NCBI RefSeq assembly: GCF_041260155.1
Contig: NC_091937.1
Span: 6,640,626 to 6,704,625, forward strand
Direction: 5' to 3'
From: Ptychodera flava
Taxonomy: Eukaryota
DNA length: 64,000 nucleotides
Shown here: piece after piece, positions 1-13,151 of the stretch
How positions within the stretch are numbered: position 1 is the first letter of the stretch
Layout: every line of letters starts with the position of its first letter
Made by a program: the position numbers and the translations under genes
Notes under the pieces: model-generated
What the model was told of the DNA's origin: nothing
What the model saw: only the letters and a program-made list of their open reading frames with translations
Databases searched by the model: none

Positions 1-332
1 TCATGAAAGTGTTGAGGTTTGAAAGCCGAGCAAATGGAACTTTGCTCCTGACAAAGTCTGCAGAGACCAGTGTCTGTATGAGTGTACATGTAGATGTTTT
101 GTGACTGTTACATAACTTTTCCTGGTAAAGTTAATGATATCAATATATGTGAATAATAATCAATGTACAATTTATACCCTGATTTTCTACAGAAAATCAA
201 GGCAGTCAATATTAGGAGACAGCACAACAGATACTAGATTTCCTGAATGTTAACAGTGTCTCCCTTTCCTTTGAGCAGAATGTATGCCATAGTACATAGC
301 TGAAGTCGCATAATCTTTTTTTTTTCTTTTAG

Positions 333-701
333 AACAACTATCAAACAATGTAATGCTGGAGTGGAGACGGATGCAAAGACGCAAGAAACTATCAACTGCA
401 TTTACAAATAGTAGCAGTACTTCCACTAGTGCTTCTCATATACAGTCACCAATAGCACAGGCATCAACATCGTCGGCATCATCAACGCCATCCACATCAA
501 GTCTTGGCCAACATGTGCAATTGCTGTCAAGTTTATCTCCTTCTGTTTCATCGTGCGTCTCACCAAGTTCGTCTCCCTCCCGCAGAGAACAACCCATATT
601 TACATTGAGGCAGGTCATCATGCTTTGTGAAAGGCTTCTCAAAGAACGGGAGGAGCAAATTAGAGAGGAATATGACAAAACCCTGACATGCAAACTTGCA
701 G
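333..701 (+). CDS. akirin: akirin internal coding exon (phase-2 entry, phase-1 exit): ...NNVMLEWRRMQRRKKLSTAFTNSSS...[43 protein letters not shown]
   Basis: Acceptor tttttttttcttttAG at 331-332 and donor G|GTATGT at 702. The translation aligns with human AKIRIN2 (EQILYNIKQEYKRMQKRR... and [39 protein letters not shown]). The M of track ORF 353..844 is internal, not a start. Confidence 0.85.
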
Positions 702-2117
702 GTATGTGTTCAGTGTGCATGGTCTGTTCTGATACTTCCACAAAAAGTCTCTGTTCAAATTTATTGACATATATTGACAGCACTGTACCACAGTTCATGT
801 ATATTTTGAAAGATACAACAAAAACAAAGATTTGGATCCTTTGAAATTTATACTTTCATTTTACTCGGTCATAGTCGCATTTTAAAGTTGAATGCAAATT
901 GTATTTTCAAACCCAATAATTTTTTTTTCATTCGTAAGGGAAAAAAGAGGAATTAATTTGAAACAGCCTTCCTTATGGCAAGATATGATATAAAATAACA
1001 GCAGAACTGAACGATTGAAATAGCATTTTGAGTTGTAGGGGCAACTGATTTTTGTAAGGTGAGAATGAGAAACAATGGTAATGGCTTGATACATCTTGTG
1101 TTTTGTAAGAGAAACTGCCAATTCAGGACTATTGGTATTCAGAATATTCCACAAGGTGATTTCGAGGGATGGGCCACCCCCGTTTTTTTCGAGCAATCCA
1201 TTCATGTCAATAACTGCTCAAAAGAATGTATTTTCACAACAAAAGAATGTGCAAATTATGCATTGTAATGCAAATTGACTGCCCCTCTCATTTTTGAAGG
1301 CAGTGGAGAACACCAGTATGGTATAGCAACAGTTATGGGTCTCTGGCAATGAATTCCCAGTATGATGGGGATCCTGTATGGCTGTTCATAAGCAGATGCA
1401 TTCAGTAGCTGTTTTTTATAGTTTCCATTGAGAACGCACATTCCGTACACTCCCAGTCAGGCCGTTTGGGTCTCTTGGATAATGAGAAATGCCATACAAT
1501 TGGATCTTTCAAATGCTGGTCACCCACTGTGAATAGCAGCATTAGATGTCATGCCTTTGAATTCAGTATTGCTGACTTTCAGGCCAACCAGTTGTGCTGT
1601 TGATGTGAGACAGAACTGGAGGCATTAGAGCTTTAATCCCATAGTTTCCAAAGTTCTAAATGTTTTTTTACAATAACCAAAAAAAGCAACATGTGCTGAC
1701 ACTTGTGCTATGCATGTTCATCGCTGCAAGTTATTTTTTTTACATATTCATCAGCTAATGTTTGTATAACACCATTGTATTTGGTGTAACTGTGCACATC
1801 TGCATAAGAAAATGGGAGAGAAGAGATAAAATGAAAGCAGTCTCTTGCAGAATTTTTGTGATGTGTATGCCTTTAATTCAAACAAGCGGTTGGTGATATT
1901 TGGTTGGGAATGATACAAAGCAGATTTAGTCTTCTGTATTTGCAATACCGTGTCAACGACATGGTCATCACAAGTGATCCAAGAATCAGACAGACAAAGA
2001 TTGCCCATTGACTGGGCACACTCTCTTTGGTAAATCATGTGATTTATCACTGTCCTTGATGGAGTGTTAGTTTTAGCAGATCTTATTTTATGATGGTATC
2101 CTTCTTTCACTTTGCAG

Positions 2118-2189
2118 AACAATATGAAGCCTTTTTGAAATTCAACCATGATCAACTCCACAGAAGGTTTGGTGAAACAGCTGCCAGCT
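2118..2189 (+). CDS. akirin: akirin penultimate coding exon: (E)[23 protein letters not shown]
   Basis: Acceptor ctttcactttgcAG (2116-2117) and donor T|GTAAGT (2190). Phase is continuous with the previous exon. It matches the AKIRIN2 C-terminus [24 protein letters not shown]. Confidence 0.8.
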
Positions 2190-3429
2190 GTAAGTATACA
2201 ACCATATATGTAAAAGTAATGATGTCCTGTTGATTAGAATTTCATCCTCCATTGATCTGTCCGAAAGAGAGAGTAAAACAAGAATGTCAAATATGTTTGA
2301 TGCTTTACTCTTGAGTATAGATACTGCAAATAGATGCTACTGTATTAGAATTGAGGTTAAAGTGGTAGCTAAGTTGTCCATTTTACAGACTTTTGGGGCT
2401 GTAAAGTACTTAATTTGAAATTTGGTTTGACCAAGGTATGTAAACTCGAGCTAGGAATGTAGTGTGATTGAGATTGCAGAGAATACATTTGCAGGATGTA
2501 TGATAATTTGAGCATTTGTGATTCCGACTTTGTTTTATGGATTTGTGAAATTGGTCCCTTTGGTGAGTATGACCTTTGGTCATGCAAATATTAAAATGTA
2601 CAGCTGGATGACATGATTTATGAGTCAGCCTGATATGGAGATGAGTATTGCCAGCATAAACCAATTTGACATGTAATACATCCCAAGTCAACTGTGTTAC
2701 ATCAATTGATGACAGTTGGAATGGTATACTGTATGTGTCTTTGAGTAGCAAGCCTGGTCCTCCTCCTGTTATTCAAATGTGTTCTTGTTAGTGTTGTCAC
2801 AATCTCTCAGTGTTGTGTAGCTAGGGTATATAGTACACATTACTATTCACCATGGTAGGTTGTGTTTATCGATGTGTTACTTTTATTCTGAGCATGGCAC
2901 TTCAAAAAAGGGGAACTTACAAAAACTCTTGATTGTAAATATTTATTTCAGTAAAATACGAACACTTTTACAAAAATTGGGGCATTGATAAAATGTGCCC
3001 CAGAAAACTATCCCGCATCAACCTTTGTTAGCTATTTAGCTTCATAAAGCCATCTTTTATAATGCAGTGTATATCCTTTACTTCCTTTACTTCATTTGAG
3101 ATGTTTAGATCTGTGATCCTGTCATGTATCAGTCACTGAAATATTGGGATGATAAATGTGCCAACAAATGTTAAATATAACATTATCCTTTTCAAGCATG
3201 TACAGATGTGGAACATTGCACTCAGAAAACTCATTCAATTTGGAGGTCTTCTCAAATTTTTGTCGTTGCCAGATACCTGGCCCAAAATGAACCAACATTT
3301 TTTATGAACATGCTACACTACTGCTTTCCAGTCGCGAAACCCACCTATGAACTGTGTTGACTTTCATTCAGTACTACTGTCGCATAGACAGTTGCATCTA
3401 AAGTGACATGTTTTTGTGTTATTTTGCAG

Positions 3430-3440
3430 ACGTTTCATAA
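3430..3440 (+). CDS. akirin: akirin terminal coding segment: (t)+ac gtt tca taa = Y V S stop, reproducing the conserved ...ASYVS* C-terminus
   Basis: Acceptor attttgcAG at 3428-3429. Phase 1 from the previous exon gives TAC GTT TCA TAA. The YVS* ending is the canonical akirin C-terminus. Confidence 0.7.
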
Positions 3441-4780
3441 AGAGTTGTGGAGTCTGTCTGTATGCACCCAATGGGTAGCATTTCCAACTGGTTGTCTTGC
3501 AAGTTGTGACTTCTACAGAAGCCATACAGCATTTGTATTCTTTCAGTGACCATGAAGCTACTCACCAACAACAAAAGTTTGATTATCATTCATTGGTTCT
3601 CCAAGAAAATGTTTTTTTAAAAGAAATTTACATGAGATTGGCCAGTCCCAAGTTCTGCTGTGATACATATTCTGGTCATGGCTCTATGTACTACATCAGT
3701 TATCTATCTACTCTAACATTGTCACTGTTTTCTGATTGAAACTTTGCCTACTATTGAGTTCCTTAGGTCACACAAGACAATTGTTCTGTAAAAACTTTTC
3801 TCAGACTGCCATGACAGATTCATTATCATTAAAAACTGGAAAAAAAATATAGTTGTGTACCTGTTAATTGAAAGAAAAAAAATTTTTTAGGGGGTCTACC
3901 TGTGCTTACCGAATGTTATTTTGATTATAGTATACTATACAAGTTCATACCATCAAAACACCTTATTCTGCAAAGTGACATACTTTGTACACAATTTTAT
4001 CTTTGATTAATGTAACAGTGTGGAATACCAACATATTTGAAATTACACACCACACGAGATGCCTTTTACAAGGAGCCATTTCAGCAATAGCTTTACTTCT
4101 CTGAAACATGATAAGTAGACAGGCCCTGCATATTTCTATTTAGTTTTCTCTTGCATTTCAAAAGACCAAGTGTACAGGACTTGAAATTCTTGAAAAGCTT
4201 GGGTGATCGCATCACATCATTGAACATGTTTACCCTTTCACCACTATGGTTTGGTCCAAACCCATTGTTATGAATGGCAAGTGTGGACCTGTTTACAGGG
4301 ATTTAGGGGTGAACAGATTAAATTTAACAGTTTGAGTTAAAAAACAACCCATGTCAGACTCGCTCCTGACCACGCACACCATGTTAGTGAGTGGTGTGGA
4401 ACAGTTGGGATGGGTACTGCTGATATGTGATCATAAACCTGCTGTGTGTGGTCTCTAAGGATCGGAAACCTTGTACTTTAAAATGAATATAGAATAGCTA
4501 AGTCTACCCTGGACAAGAAAGGCATACACTTGTAGTTATGCAACTTATCTGATTTAAAAATGTGTTATGTTTATCTCTGCATTAGATTTTTGTGCTTGGG
4601 AATTTATTTTTAATATGGCATTTATCTTTTTGGGTTTGTATAGGATTTTTGTTCCCAGATCTTTACTTTTAAAAGTGTTGTGTAAAGCATACAGATAGAT
4701 GTAGCTAGTATAAGTAAAACATGTACATAACAGAGATGCTTCTTTGTTTACTGTTGCCAATAAAGACTTTTGGGACAGGA
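3441..4780 (+). other. akirin: putative akirin 3' UTR; first canonical AATAAA at 4757-4762 (ccaATAAAgac)
   Basis: No other AATAAA lies between the stop at 3438-3440 and 4757. The UTR length is therefore inferred only. Confidence 0.3.
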
Positions 4781-5375
4781 GGATGTGATATTGTGCATTC
4801 TGTTCTCTGTTGCTTACTTAACCCTATCACTGTACTAGATGAGAATGGGTAACTGATGAATTTTATTCTGTGTACTGTAGCCTTCTTCATGGCAGAGTTG
4901 TTTGTAGGACACATTTGATAATCAGCAACCTCATTCTGACAATTAGAAAATGCAGAACTGCAGCTGCTACATCTGACTGACCAACAACAAAGGCTGTTAC
5001 CAAATTTATAGGGTACTTATGCTATTAGCCGCATAATATATGAACTTCTGGCAGGCCCACTTCTTGAGCAACCATGTACAAGTGCTGTGGCCATGACAAG
5101 CATCTGTACCGGAGACTGAGCAGATGGAGTGGTTGTGGATGTGCAATGGTGTTGTCTTTTATAGATTTGTATAATCCTGACTACATAAATCTTGATTAAG
5201 ATAATTTTGAAAGAGGTATTGCTACATTTCTGTCAAAGCTGCAGATTTATGTCAACGTTCTTGACTACCCATCCATAAACGTGTAGGTCACAGAATGGGG
5301 AAACAAGCTGGAGCTTTCTGACAGTTTTTGCATGAATTCATGCAGACTGGTTTTGAAAGGAGAGTATAGTGCAGT

Positions 5376-5685
5376 TTAAGGTAGAATGTGCCTTGGCGAC
5401 ATAGTTGACTCAAATTTCTGCAATACTATTCTGATCTTCCACTGTAAGGGCTCATTCTGAAGCTGTTTGTGAAAGAAAAACTTTTACTTTCTTAGTTTTT
5501 TGAAAATCCAACATTTAATGTTTCCCTCACAGAGTTAACACAGGAATGACGGCCATTTTGAATTTCAAATAATGCAAAAATGTTGGGTAATTTGTTTCGC
5601 CAGTTCCAAACTTTGCATGGTGACCCTGATTTTTCGACGTGCATACTACCTGAAGCTCATTTGCATATGAAAAATGACAGAAAAT
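5376..5685 (-). mobile_element. SINE-like ~340-bp interspersed repeat, minus-orientation copy
   Basis: Contains the reverse complement of the family core gaaattcaaaatggctgccatccctgtgttaactctatgg and of the tail ...cacattctaccttaa. Confidence 0.7.
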
Positions 5686-7133
5686 ATTATTGTTATATTG
5701 TTATTTCTTTGAAACTTCAACCAAAAAGTTAGAGTAAGAAGCTGTTTTGAAAAATAGGTCCAAAAAGTGGGATACCTGGGAATGGTGAGATACACGGCAA
5801 AATCTGAAAAAGCTAACTAAGCAGTTTTTCTCTTTCTGCTGTAAGTAAATGTAGCATTGTGTGTCTTCATTGCAGTGTATAATAGATACCCACTTTATTC
5901 TACATACAACTCTAAAGGAGTATTTTCGAAATCTACACTAAAAGAAATTGACTTAATCAATTCCTCAAAAATGTAAATGTTGAAATTTACTACAAAGAAA
6001 TGTGAACTGTGTAAATATGATAATGCAATGTATTTCTGCAAGATTTATCTCAAAGATGAGTGGAATCACTGATTTGTCAATTTCATTTCTTGTTTGCGTG
6101 TAGTTTGTGCAACTGTGGTAAAAATGGCAGTATTCCTTCTGATGATGAGGTACACACCTTATGGACCAATATCGGCAGATCACACCAAAAGATCAGGTCA
6201 TGTTGAATTTAAAAGAGCAAGTGAACTGCAGAGTTATTATAGAAAGTGTACACTGTCAGAGCAAAAACTAGTTCAAAAAAGAAAAGCAATGTTTTTGGTC
6301 TTCAGGCCATTCAGAGTCACGTTGCAAGGCTTGACTAGGTAGGTAAATAATTGTATAAGACTGAGGTGACGTGGCATTTTTACTGGGAAGGGCATTATTG
6401 ATTGACCTGCATACATCTACCCACGGTTACATACCTGTAAAGTTATAAAATTGAAGTTACTGATTACAAGGATCACTCTGATAGCAGTACATGCACTCTA
6501 AAGTTCACATCACATGCAGTTGTGTTTCCTTACATTATGGTTTTCTGCAGTATTAGGAAATAATGGATATATTTGTATATTCCTATAGTTGATAAACGTA
6601 CAAAAAGACTGTTTTTTACACTTCCCATTTCCCATCTAGTGCTGATTGGAATCGTCTTTCACATAGAAGTAAGGTTTTAATTTCAAACCTATTATAACAA
6701 TGGTTTGGTACATAACCTTTTTGTTCTGTTAGCAATCAGTTGGATCTCCACACATGGAAACAGGGTGGAAGTGTTAATATGCAGTTTAATCATAGCTAGT
6801 TTAACATGCTATTCATGGAACTATGTGGCTACAGTTCTGATCTGGACAACTCTTTCTTATCATATGCCTGGTCACTGAAATTTAGATTTACAGAAATATG
6901 AGAATTATATGGCTCAGTCACTTTGGTACAGAAAGACGTGCTGTACTATAGTTCTTTAACCAGTAACCATTTGGTAATAGCACATATTAATAGCACATTC
7001 TGGTAGCTGGGTTACCCTGACCTATATTTTCATCACCAATGGATACAAAATACAAGAAGCATTTTTAGGCACTCCAAGTTTGTGTCTTTCTTGTATATCA
7101 ATGTGTCTTGCAACAAAAAATCAGTATTCTTTT

Positions 7134-8376
7134 TTAGCTCCGCTGTCAGCGACGCGGAGCTTATCAAATAGGTTGATTATCCGTCGTCGTCCGTCGTCCG
7201 TCGTCCGTCGTCCGTCGTCGTCCGTCGTCCGTCGTCGTCCGTCAACAATTGCCTTCTCCTCTGAAACCACAAGTCGAATTGCTTTGAAATTTTATATGCA
7301 GTTCACTTGGGGTGACCTCACTTCAGTTTGTTCAAATCATGGTGAAATTTGCATATTTGTATTTTTGGGGCATTTTTTGGTGTTTTTGGTAAAAAAATCT
7401 TCTTCTCTGAAACCGCTCGTCTGATTGCTTTGAAATTTGATATGCAGTTTGCTTAGGGTGACTTAAACCAGATTTGTTAAAATGGTGGTGAAATTTGCAT
7501 ATTTGTATTTTTAAGGCAATTTTGTCATTTTTGGTAAAAAAATCTTTAAAATCTTCTTCTTCAAAACTACAAGTCAGATAGCTTTTATATTTGGTACATA
7601 TGTCCCTAGGGATGATCTATTTCAGATTTGTTCAAATTGTGCAGAAATATGCAAATTTGCATTTTTAAGGCAATTTTTGCCATTTTTGGTCAAAAAATGT
7701 ATTTCTCAAAAAGTACTGGTCTGACAGTTTTGAAATTTGGTATACAGGTTTCTATAGATGAACTAAGTAATATATATTGAATTTCTGATGAAATCTGTAA
7801 TTTTGTATTTTTTGAGCAATTTTTGCCATTTTTGGTCAAAAATGTGTATTTCCAAAACTACTTATCTGATAGCTTTGAAATTTGGTATACAGGTTTCCAT
7901 AGATGAACTAAATGATATTTATTGAAATAATGATGACATCTGCAATTTTGAATTTTAGGGCAATTTTTCTCATTTTTGGTCAAAAAATGCGTTTCTCGAA
8001 AAGTACTGGTCTAACAGCTTTGAAATTTGGTATACAGGTTTCTATATATGAACTAAGTGTGATATTTTGAAATTATGATGAAATCTGCAATTTTTATTTT
8101 TGGGGGCAATTGTTGCCATTTTTGGTCAGAATATTTTATTCTCAAAAACTACTCATCAGATAGCTTTGGTTGACATGTTCTTAGGGATGATCGAATGTGA
8201 TATATTCAAAGTATGATGAAATCTTCAATTTTGTATTTTTGCAGCTTATTTTAGCCACTTTTTTCTGGCCACTGCATTGAGTTATCAAAGATTTCCACCT
8301 TCTTCATCAACATGTGTCAAAAATAGTTATTCTGTACATAAACACAGCGGAGCTATATCGGCCGCTAGGTCGCTTG
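7134..8376. mobile_element. non-autonomous element, family A: hairpin-forming termini, a (CCGTCGT)n microsatellite at 7181-7243, an internal ~150-bp tandem array (7 units, 7240-8270) and a conserved 3' tail
   Basis: Left terminus tAGCTCCGCTGTcagcgacGCGGAGCT and right terminus ACAGCGGAGCT are inverted. The tail ...ccaccttcttcatcaacatgtgtcaaaaatagttattctgtacataaacacagcggagctatatcggccgctaggtcgcttg recurs at 17020-17115 and 39050-39140. Confidence 0.6.
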
Positions 8377-10029
8377 TTTGAGATTAATAGGGAAACAGTC
8401 TGTACAGCAGAAGTGTACCTATACCACTGGGGTTACATAAAACAGTCTATACAGCAGAAGTGTACCTATACCAGTGGGGTTACATAACAAATGAAATATG
8501 CAAGGTTGTTGGCACAAACTCTACTCTATTGTTAAAGCCAATAAGGGCCTGGGCAGTAATAAGGGGGGGGGGGGCGCCAGGGAAATTCAGAAACTTGGTG
8601 TGTGGAAAATATCGACCCAGCTGACCCCTCAAACTTTTGCATAGAAACAGTGACCTTCCGAAATTCAGTACGCTCCCCTGCCTCCATCATAATGCCAGTA
8701 TATATATAAAAGTGATGATGATGATTATTATTATTAATTATAACAATTATCAGTGAATATAAATTATTTAAAAAACTACATTATACAGTGAAGTAATAAA
8801 CCAGAATATCAAAGTACAATATCAACTTTTCTGCAACACAGAAAAAAAGGACAGCTTGTGACACTAAGTGATCAGTGCCAAAGCTTTTATGTCCAAGGTC
8901 AAAAGGAGGTGTCCCCCCTGATGTACAAACTTTGGTGGCAGTTTAGGTTACTTTTGAGACATGTACTTGGCCTTGAATATGAAAGTACAACATTATAACT
9001 TTCCGGCAACACAGAAAAAAGGGGATCTTTTGTAATAAAAACTGTGCAGTGGTCATTTTAGGGTTGGGAAGGGGAGGTGAAAAAGGATGTTGTCCCCCTC
9101 GCTTTGAAGAAACTTTTGAAAATTTCGCTATTGGAATTGTTTCATTAGATGATATTGGACTATACTTTTAGACATAAGGGGTGTTCAATGCTTGTGACAA
9201 AATGATTAGCTTTATCATGTTTAAAGCAGGTAATTAACATAGGGTCATTTTTATAATTTTCTACTAGTTTCACTTGAGTACTTGAAGAAGCAACATGGGT
9301 GAATAAAGACAGTTAGGGGTGGACCATTTGATATCGGGGGGGGGGGGGTCTGGAAGATTTAAGAGGTTGTACTTTTTTTGTTCAAATTTTTTTTCACTCT
9401 CTGATTACTGGTAACTTTTTTTCTCGCACTCCTCATTTGGATATTTGGATACTTTTTTCCCCAACAACAAATGTACAGTCCTCTTCTGTGTGTGGAGTAA
9501 AATGTTGCACATTAGATAATCAGTTGGAACACAATACTTGTACATATATTTACCATTTACCATCTAACTAACATATGGGAAAACAATTGAGCAACTGATG
9601 AAGGAATTGCACATTGGTTCCGAAACACCATCAGGGAGCCGTCATTATTTATGGCCTGGGGGAGGGGGTCGGAGGAATTTCATCCGAAACGCCAAAATTT
9701 CTAGTAACCACCTCCCCCTCTCCCTGGTAACCATAGTGAATTTGAGTAACCCCCTCTCTGACTCAGAAATTTTGACTGATTCCCCCCCCCCCCACTTAGA
9801 AAAGTTAAATACCAATACATGTATATATAAAATAATACAGCACAAAGTTACAAAAATATACAGATATAAAAGCTGATGGTCTATAACCAGTATCCAACCA
9901 TATAGTATTGTTTAATTTGGATGTGAATCATGACAGGGTTTTCACTAGGATATTTGACTAGACAGAATTTGAAAGTACAGAGGGTAGAACACGCGAGATC
10001 CTGAGGGGAAAAGCATCAGAGGGGCTGTC

Positions 10030-10745
10030 CCTATCTTGCACGGAAAATTTCGAGAAATTGATGTGTGCAATTGTGCTGCAATCTGGTGCAATCTGACAAG
10101 TGTTTTTAATTTTTTTTCTAAGTAGAACTGTTAAAACACCCCAATGGATGTGTGTAGTGGTGCAACTGAGAGGTGTTTAATTTGTTTTGCACTTGTTAAA
10201 ATTGTTTGAAAATGACATTGAACACTGATATTTTTATTACATTTTTTGCATGATCAGTGTTTCAGTCAAAATATTCAACAAACAAACAATGACAATACAT
10301 TTGTAAAAACAGTTGTTGCCAGAGACTGAAGACCAAAGAATGTAAAAGAATGGAAAATCTGTAACAGGCTTCTTGTGTTATTTTTTCAGCTGCCAGCTTT
10401 GAATGACAATCCTGAATTCAGTATGGTTAGTTGTCAAAATGATTATTGAATGATTATTGATAACTGAAGTCAATTAAAATATATGTTTCGGTGTTGATAA
10501 AGGATTAATTCACAACAGTTCAGTCCTGGATCCTGTGAAAAATTTGAGAGATTGATGTGTGCAATGGTGAAATCTGGGAGGTCTTTTCAATTTGTCTTTT
10601 ACTAGTAAAACTGTTAGAACACCCCAAGGGCAAGAGCATGGGGGTTACCCCATCTAGCACAAAAAATTTTGAGAAATTGATATGTGCAATAGTGCAATGT
10701 GAGAGGTGTTTCAATTTATTTCACACAAAAAATTGAGTAATCCTC
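10030..10745. repeat. ~130-bp repeat in two blocks (10030-10210, 10530-10745), 4 units
   Basis: Unit aaaatttcgagaaattgatgtgtgcaat.gtg...gaggtgttt.aattt...ctgttaaaacaccccaa. Confidence 0.6.
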
Positions 10746-11364
10746 CTTGAAGTGTTCAATATTTGAGTGAACCACCATCACATTCCTCTGACCCGCCAAG
10801 GCTGTAAATAATGACGCCAAGGCTGTAAATAATGACGACTCTTATATAACCAGTTCTCCTGGGACCCAGATCACACTATTGATTCACCGGTGTCTCGCCA
10901 TGTTTCTCCATATCATAAAACCACATTGATCAATTCAATATACCTCATCATTAACAAAGGTAGAAAACAATGTGTGAAGTTGCCCTCACTTTCCTTTATG
11001 TATAGGTTTAAAAAGCCAAAAGTTGCTACATTTACTGACCACATTATACCCTCGAGCTATATGAGGAAGACATTACAATGTAAATGTAGCACTCCCCAAA
11101 ATTATTTGGCCAAAGAACCATTGTGTATCTGACACAGTCTTCAATTTGCACCCAAAGGGTGCCCTGAAAATGAAAAATGTGCTCCAGAAAGTAACTTTTG
11201 GTCGATTTTTTTTTCTTTCACCTAAGTGAGCTAATTTTTTCTACGCCCCCTCTGCCTGATTTTTTTTTCATTGACATTCGCTGGGAATTTTTTTTTTGAA
11301 AACCTAGATCCCCCAGGATATCAAATGGTTCACCCCTTAGGCTTCCGCTTATTTCACTTGTGCT

Positions 11365-11510
11365 TGCCACAGGTGTCTGGAGTTGCCAGTGTAGATAGCC
11401 CTGCGCACATGTCTGTTCCTGGCGTTATACGGCCGTATAACGCCGGGAACACACAGACCTGTACGCAGGGCTACATGTACACTGGCAAATTCAGGCACCT
11501 GTGGTGCAAT
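11365..11510. repeat. ~145-bp imperfect palindrome centred on the perfect palindrome cgttatacggccgtataacg
   Basis: cacaggtgtctggagttgccagtgtagatagccctgcgcacatgtctgttcctggcgttatacgg | ccgtataacgccgggaacacacagacctgtacgcagggctacatgtacactggcaaattcaggcacctgtgg. Confidence 0.75.
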
Positions 11511-12500
11511 GCCAGTATACTCTTCTCCCATGCAAGTTGTATGTGTTTATCCTGTTGTCAAACAACAGGAAAAGTGTGACGAGGTCGAAGTGACAAGGGT
11601 ACTGGAGTCGAGAGGACCACTACCAGCGACATCCATCCGAACAACCGGGTTAAAGGATCGACCTGCTGACCTACTCCCCTACGCATGCGTGTTCGATCCC
11701 TGGCGATATCTCCAAACAGCCTTTGACCTTTACCCGGAAGATATCAACAAAACGTCACGATCTAAAACGGGAAAGTTGTACACACTATTAGTCATACATC
11801 TGGTGAGATGGATCGCGCCGGTAGTGGCTGACTTTGACCGGTACTTCTCATTTTAACTGCAAAATTATCCTGAGTGTCACAGATCGGTTTGCAGCTATCC
11901 TAGCTATACGACCGCTAGCTTTGCAGGTAAGCTCTGATCTTGGGTTGCCCAACATGCCCAACGCACGTTCACTCAGCGAGTGGTTGGATTTTGATAGTGT
12001 TCTGTGTCCGTCTTTTCCTCGAGTGCCATCCATCGCAAACAAACAGTAATGATCGGGGATAAAGTTAGTCTTTTTGAAGATGTGCACAGTGCATGTCTGT
12101 ACGCTTGTGATGGTAGTTAGTTCTTGGACGCTTTTTTGCATGCAGACACTGTCTAGTCACCAACGTACAATTACTACTGTAGGCGGAAATAAAATAACTG
12201 AGCTCTCAGTGTCACGCATCACAAGTCAACAGGTATCGGTATTGTAATATGATTCGTGAACACGCTTTTAACAGGGGACTAAATTTTATTCTATAGCATT
12301 ATGCCAACCCAGTCATAAATGTGCAAGATGAACTAGCAATTTGGAACACACAAAATGCTGTCGATGTCGTCTCCTCCACGTCTGCAGTGCAATGTCAGCA
12401 CTTTCCAGGCAGACATGTCACGTGATTAACTCCATACATCCTGGAAACAAGTTATGCAGGTGCACTCGCTCACTTACGACGAAAATGATTTACAAACAAA
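11380..12500 (+). promoter_or_regulatory. CpG-rich, non-repetitive block 0.65-1.8 kb upstream of the PARP4-like ATG; candidate promoter / non-coding first exon, with a strong donor cagGTAAGC at 11924-11929
   Basis: CpG density is locally much higher than in the surrounding AT-rich DNA (cgacctgctgacc, cgcatgcgtgttcgatccctggcgat, gatcgcgccggtag). The next exon (13108-13280) opens with an acceptor ccttgctgtAG directly upstream of the ATG. Confidence 0.3.
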
Positions 12501-13151
12501 AAAGTACTCAACAATCTTATCATAAGACAATATGTTGAAAATGAGGATTTCCAACATGCATACTGTTAATCACAGTTTTACACAAATTGTAAGACAAAGC
12601 TTTTCCATGTCTGAATTTTTTGGGTTTGAAACTCGAAAGCTTAGTGAAATAACTTTCACTTACAAATTTGTAAATGAGTAATTTCTTAAAATTTGTTTTT
12701 GAATATGAAAGTCAACACTGCAGAGTAACTTCTTCTGTATAGCTTGCAAGTAAAACTCGGACAAGAATTATTTACAAATTATTTCTCTCAATATGGTATT
12801 TTTTCTCCACAACAGTGATGTTGAACTTTGGAGTTTGATTTGATTGGTTTGTTGCATAACAGTGCATAACAGAAATTCTGCTTGTACTAGCTGAATGAAT
12901 GATTCTCTTTCAATGGTGTGCATAGAGATATAAGCACATTTGAGGAAGTATTTAAAAAAGATTTTGTTGATCGTTGACAGCTCTACACTGCAGTCATGCA
13001 GAAAAGCCAGCCTCTATGCGTTGACAGTTCTCACTTTCTTGTATGGAATACAGGTATATTGTGTTTTTGCTGACACGGAAATTCAAATAACTTTGACCTT
13101 GCTGTAGGTGAATTCAAAACAGGAACGGCCAGGCTTGGAATACAAAGCATC

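Noticed and set aside
353-844. Track ORF beginning MLEWRRMQRRKK, taken as a stand-alone gene
   Set aside because: The M is internal. The true exon starts at 333 after an AG acceptor and ends at the GT donor at 702. The ORF tail beyond 701 is intron read-through.
1751-2161. 136-aa minus-strand ORF antisense to the akirin intron and exon
   Set aside because: No homology, no splice signals, and it overlaps a conserved sense exon. Treated as chance.
7080-7424. ORF with RRPSSVVRRPSS repeats
   Set aside because: This is the translation of the (CCGTCGT)n microsatellite inside the family A element.
11600-11720. tRNA-like T-loop motif GTTCGATCC in a CpG-rich stretch (possible tRNA or tRNA-derived SINE head)
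   Set aside because: I could not fold a cloverleaf. The sequences flanking the motif are not complementary, so no acceptor or T stems form. No tRNA call.
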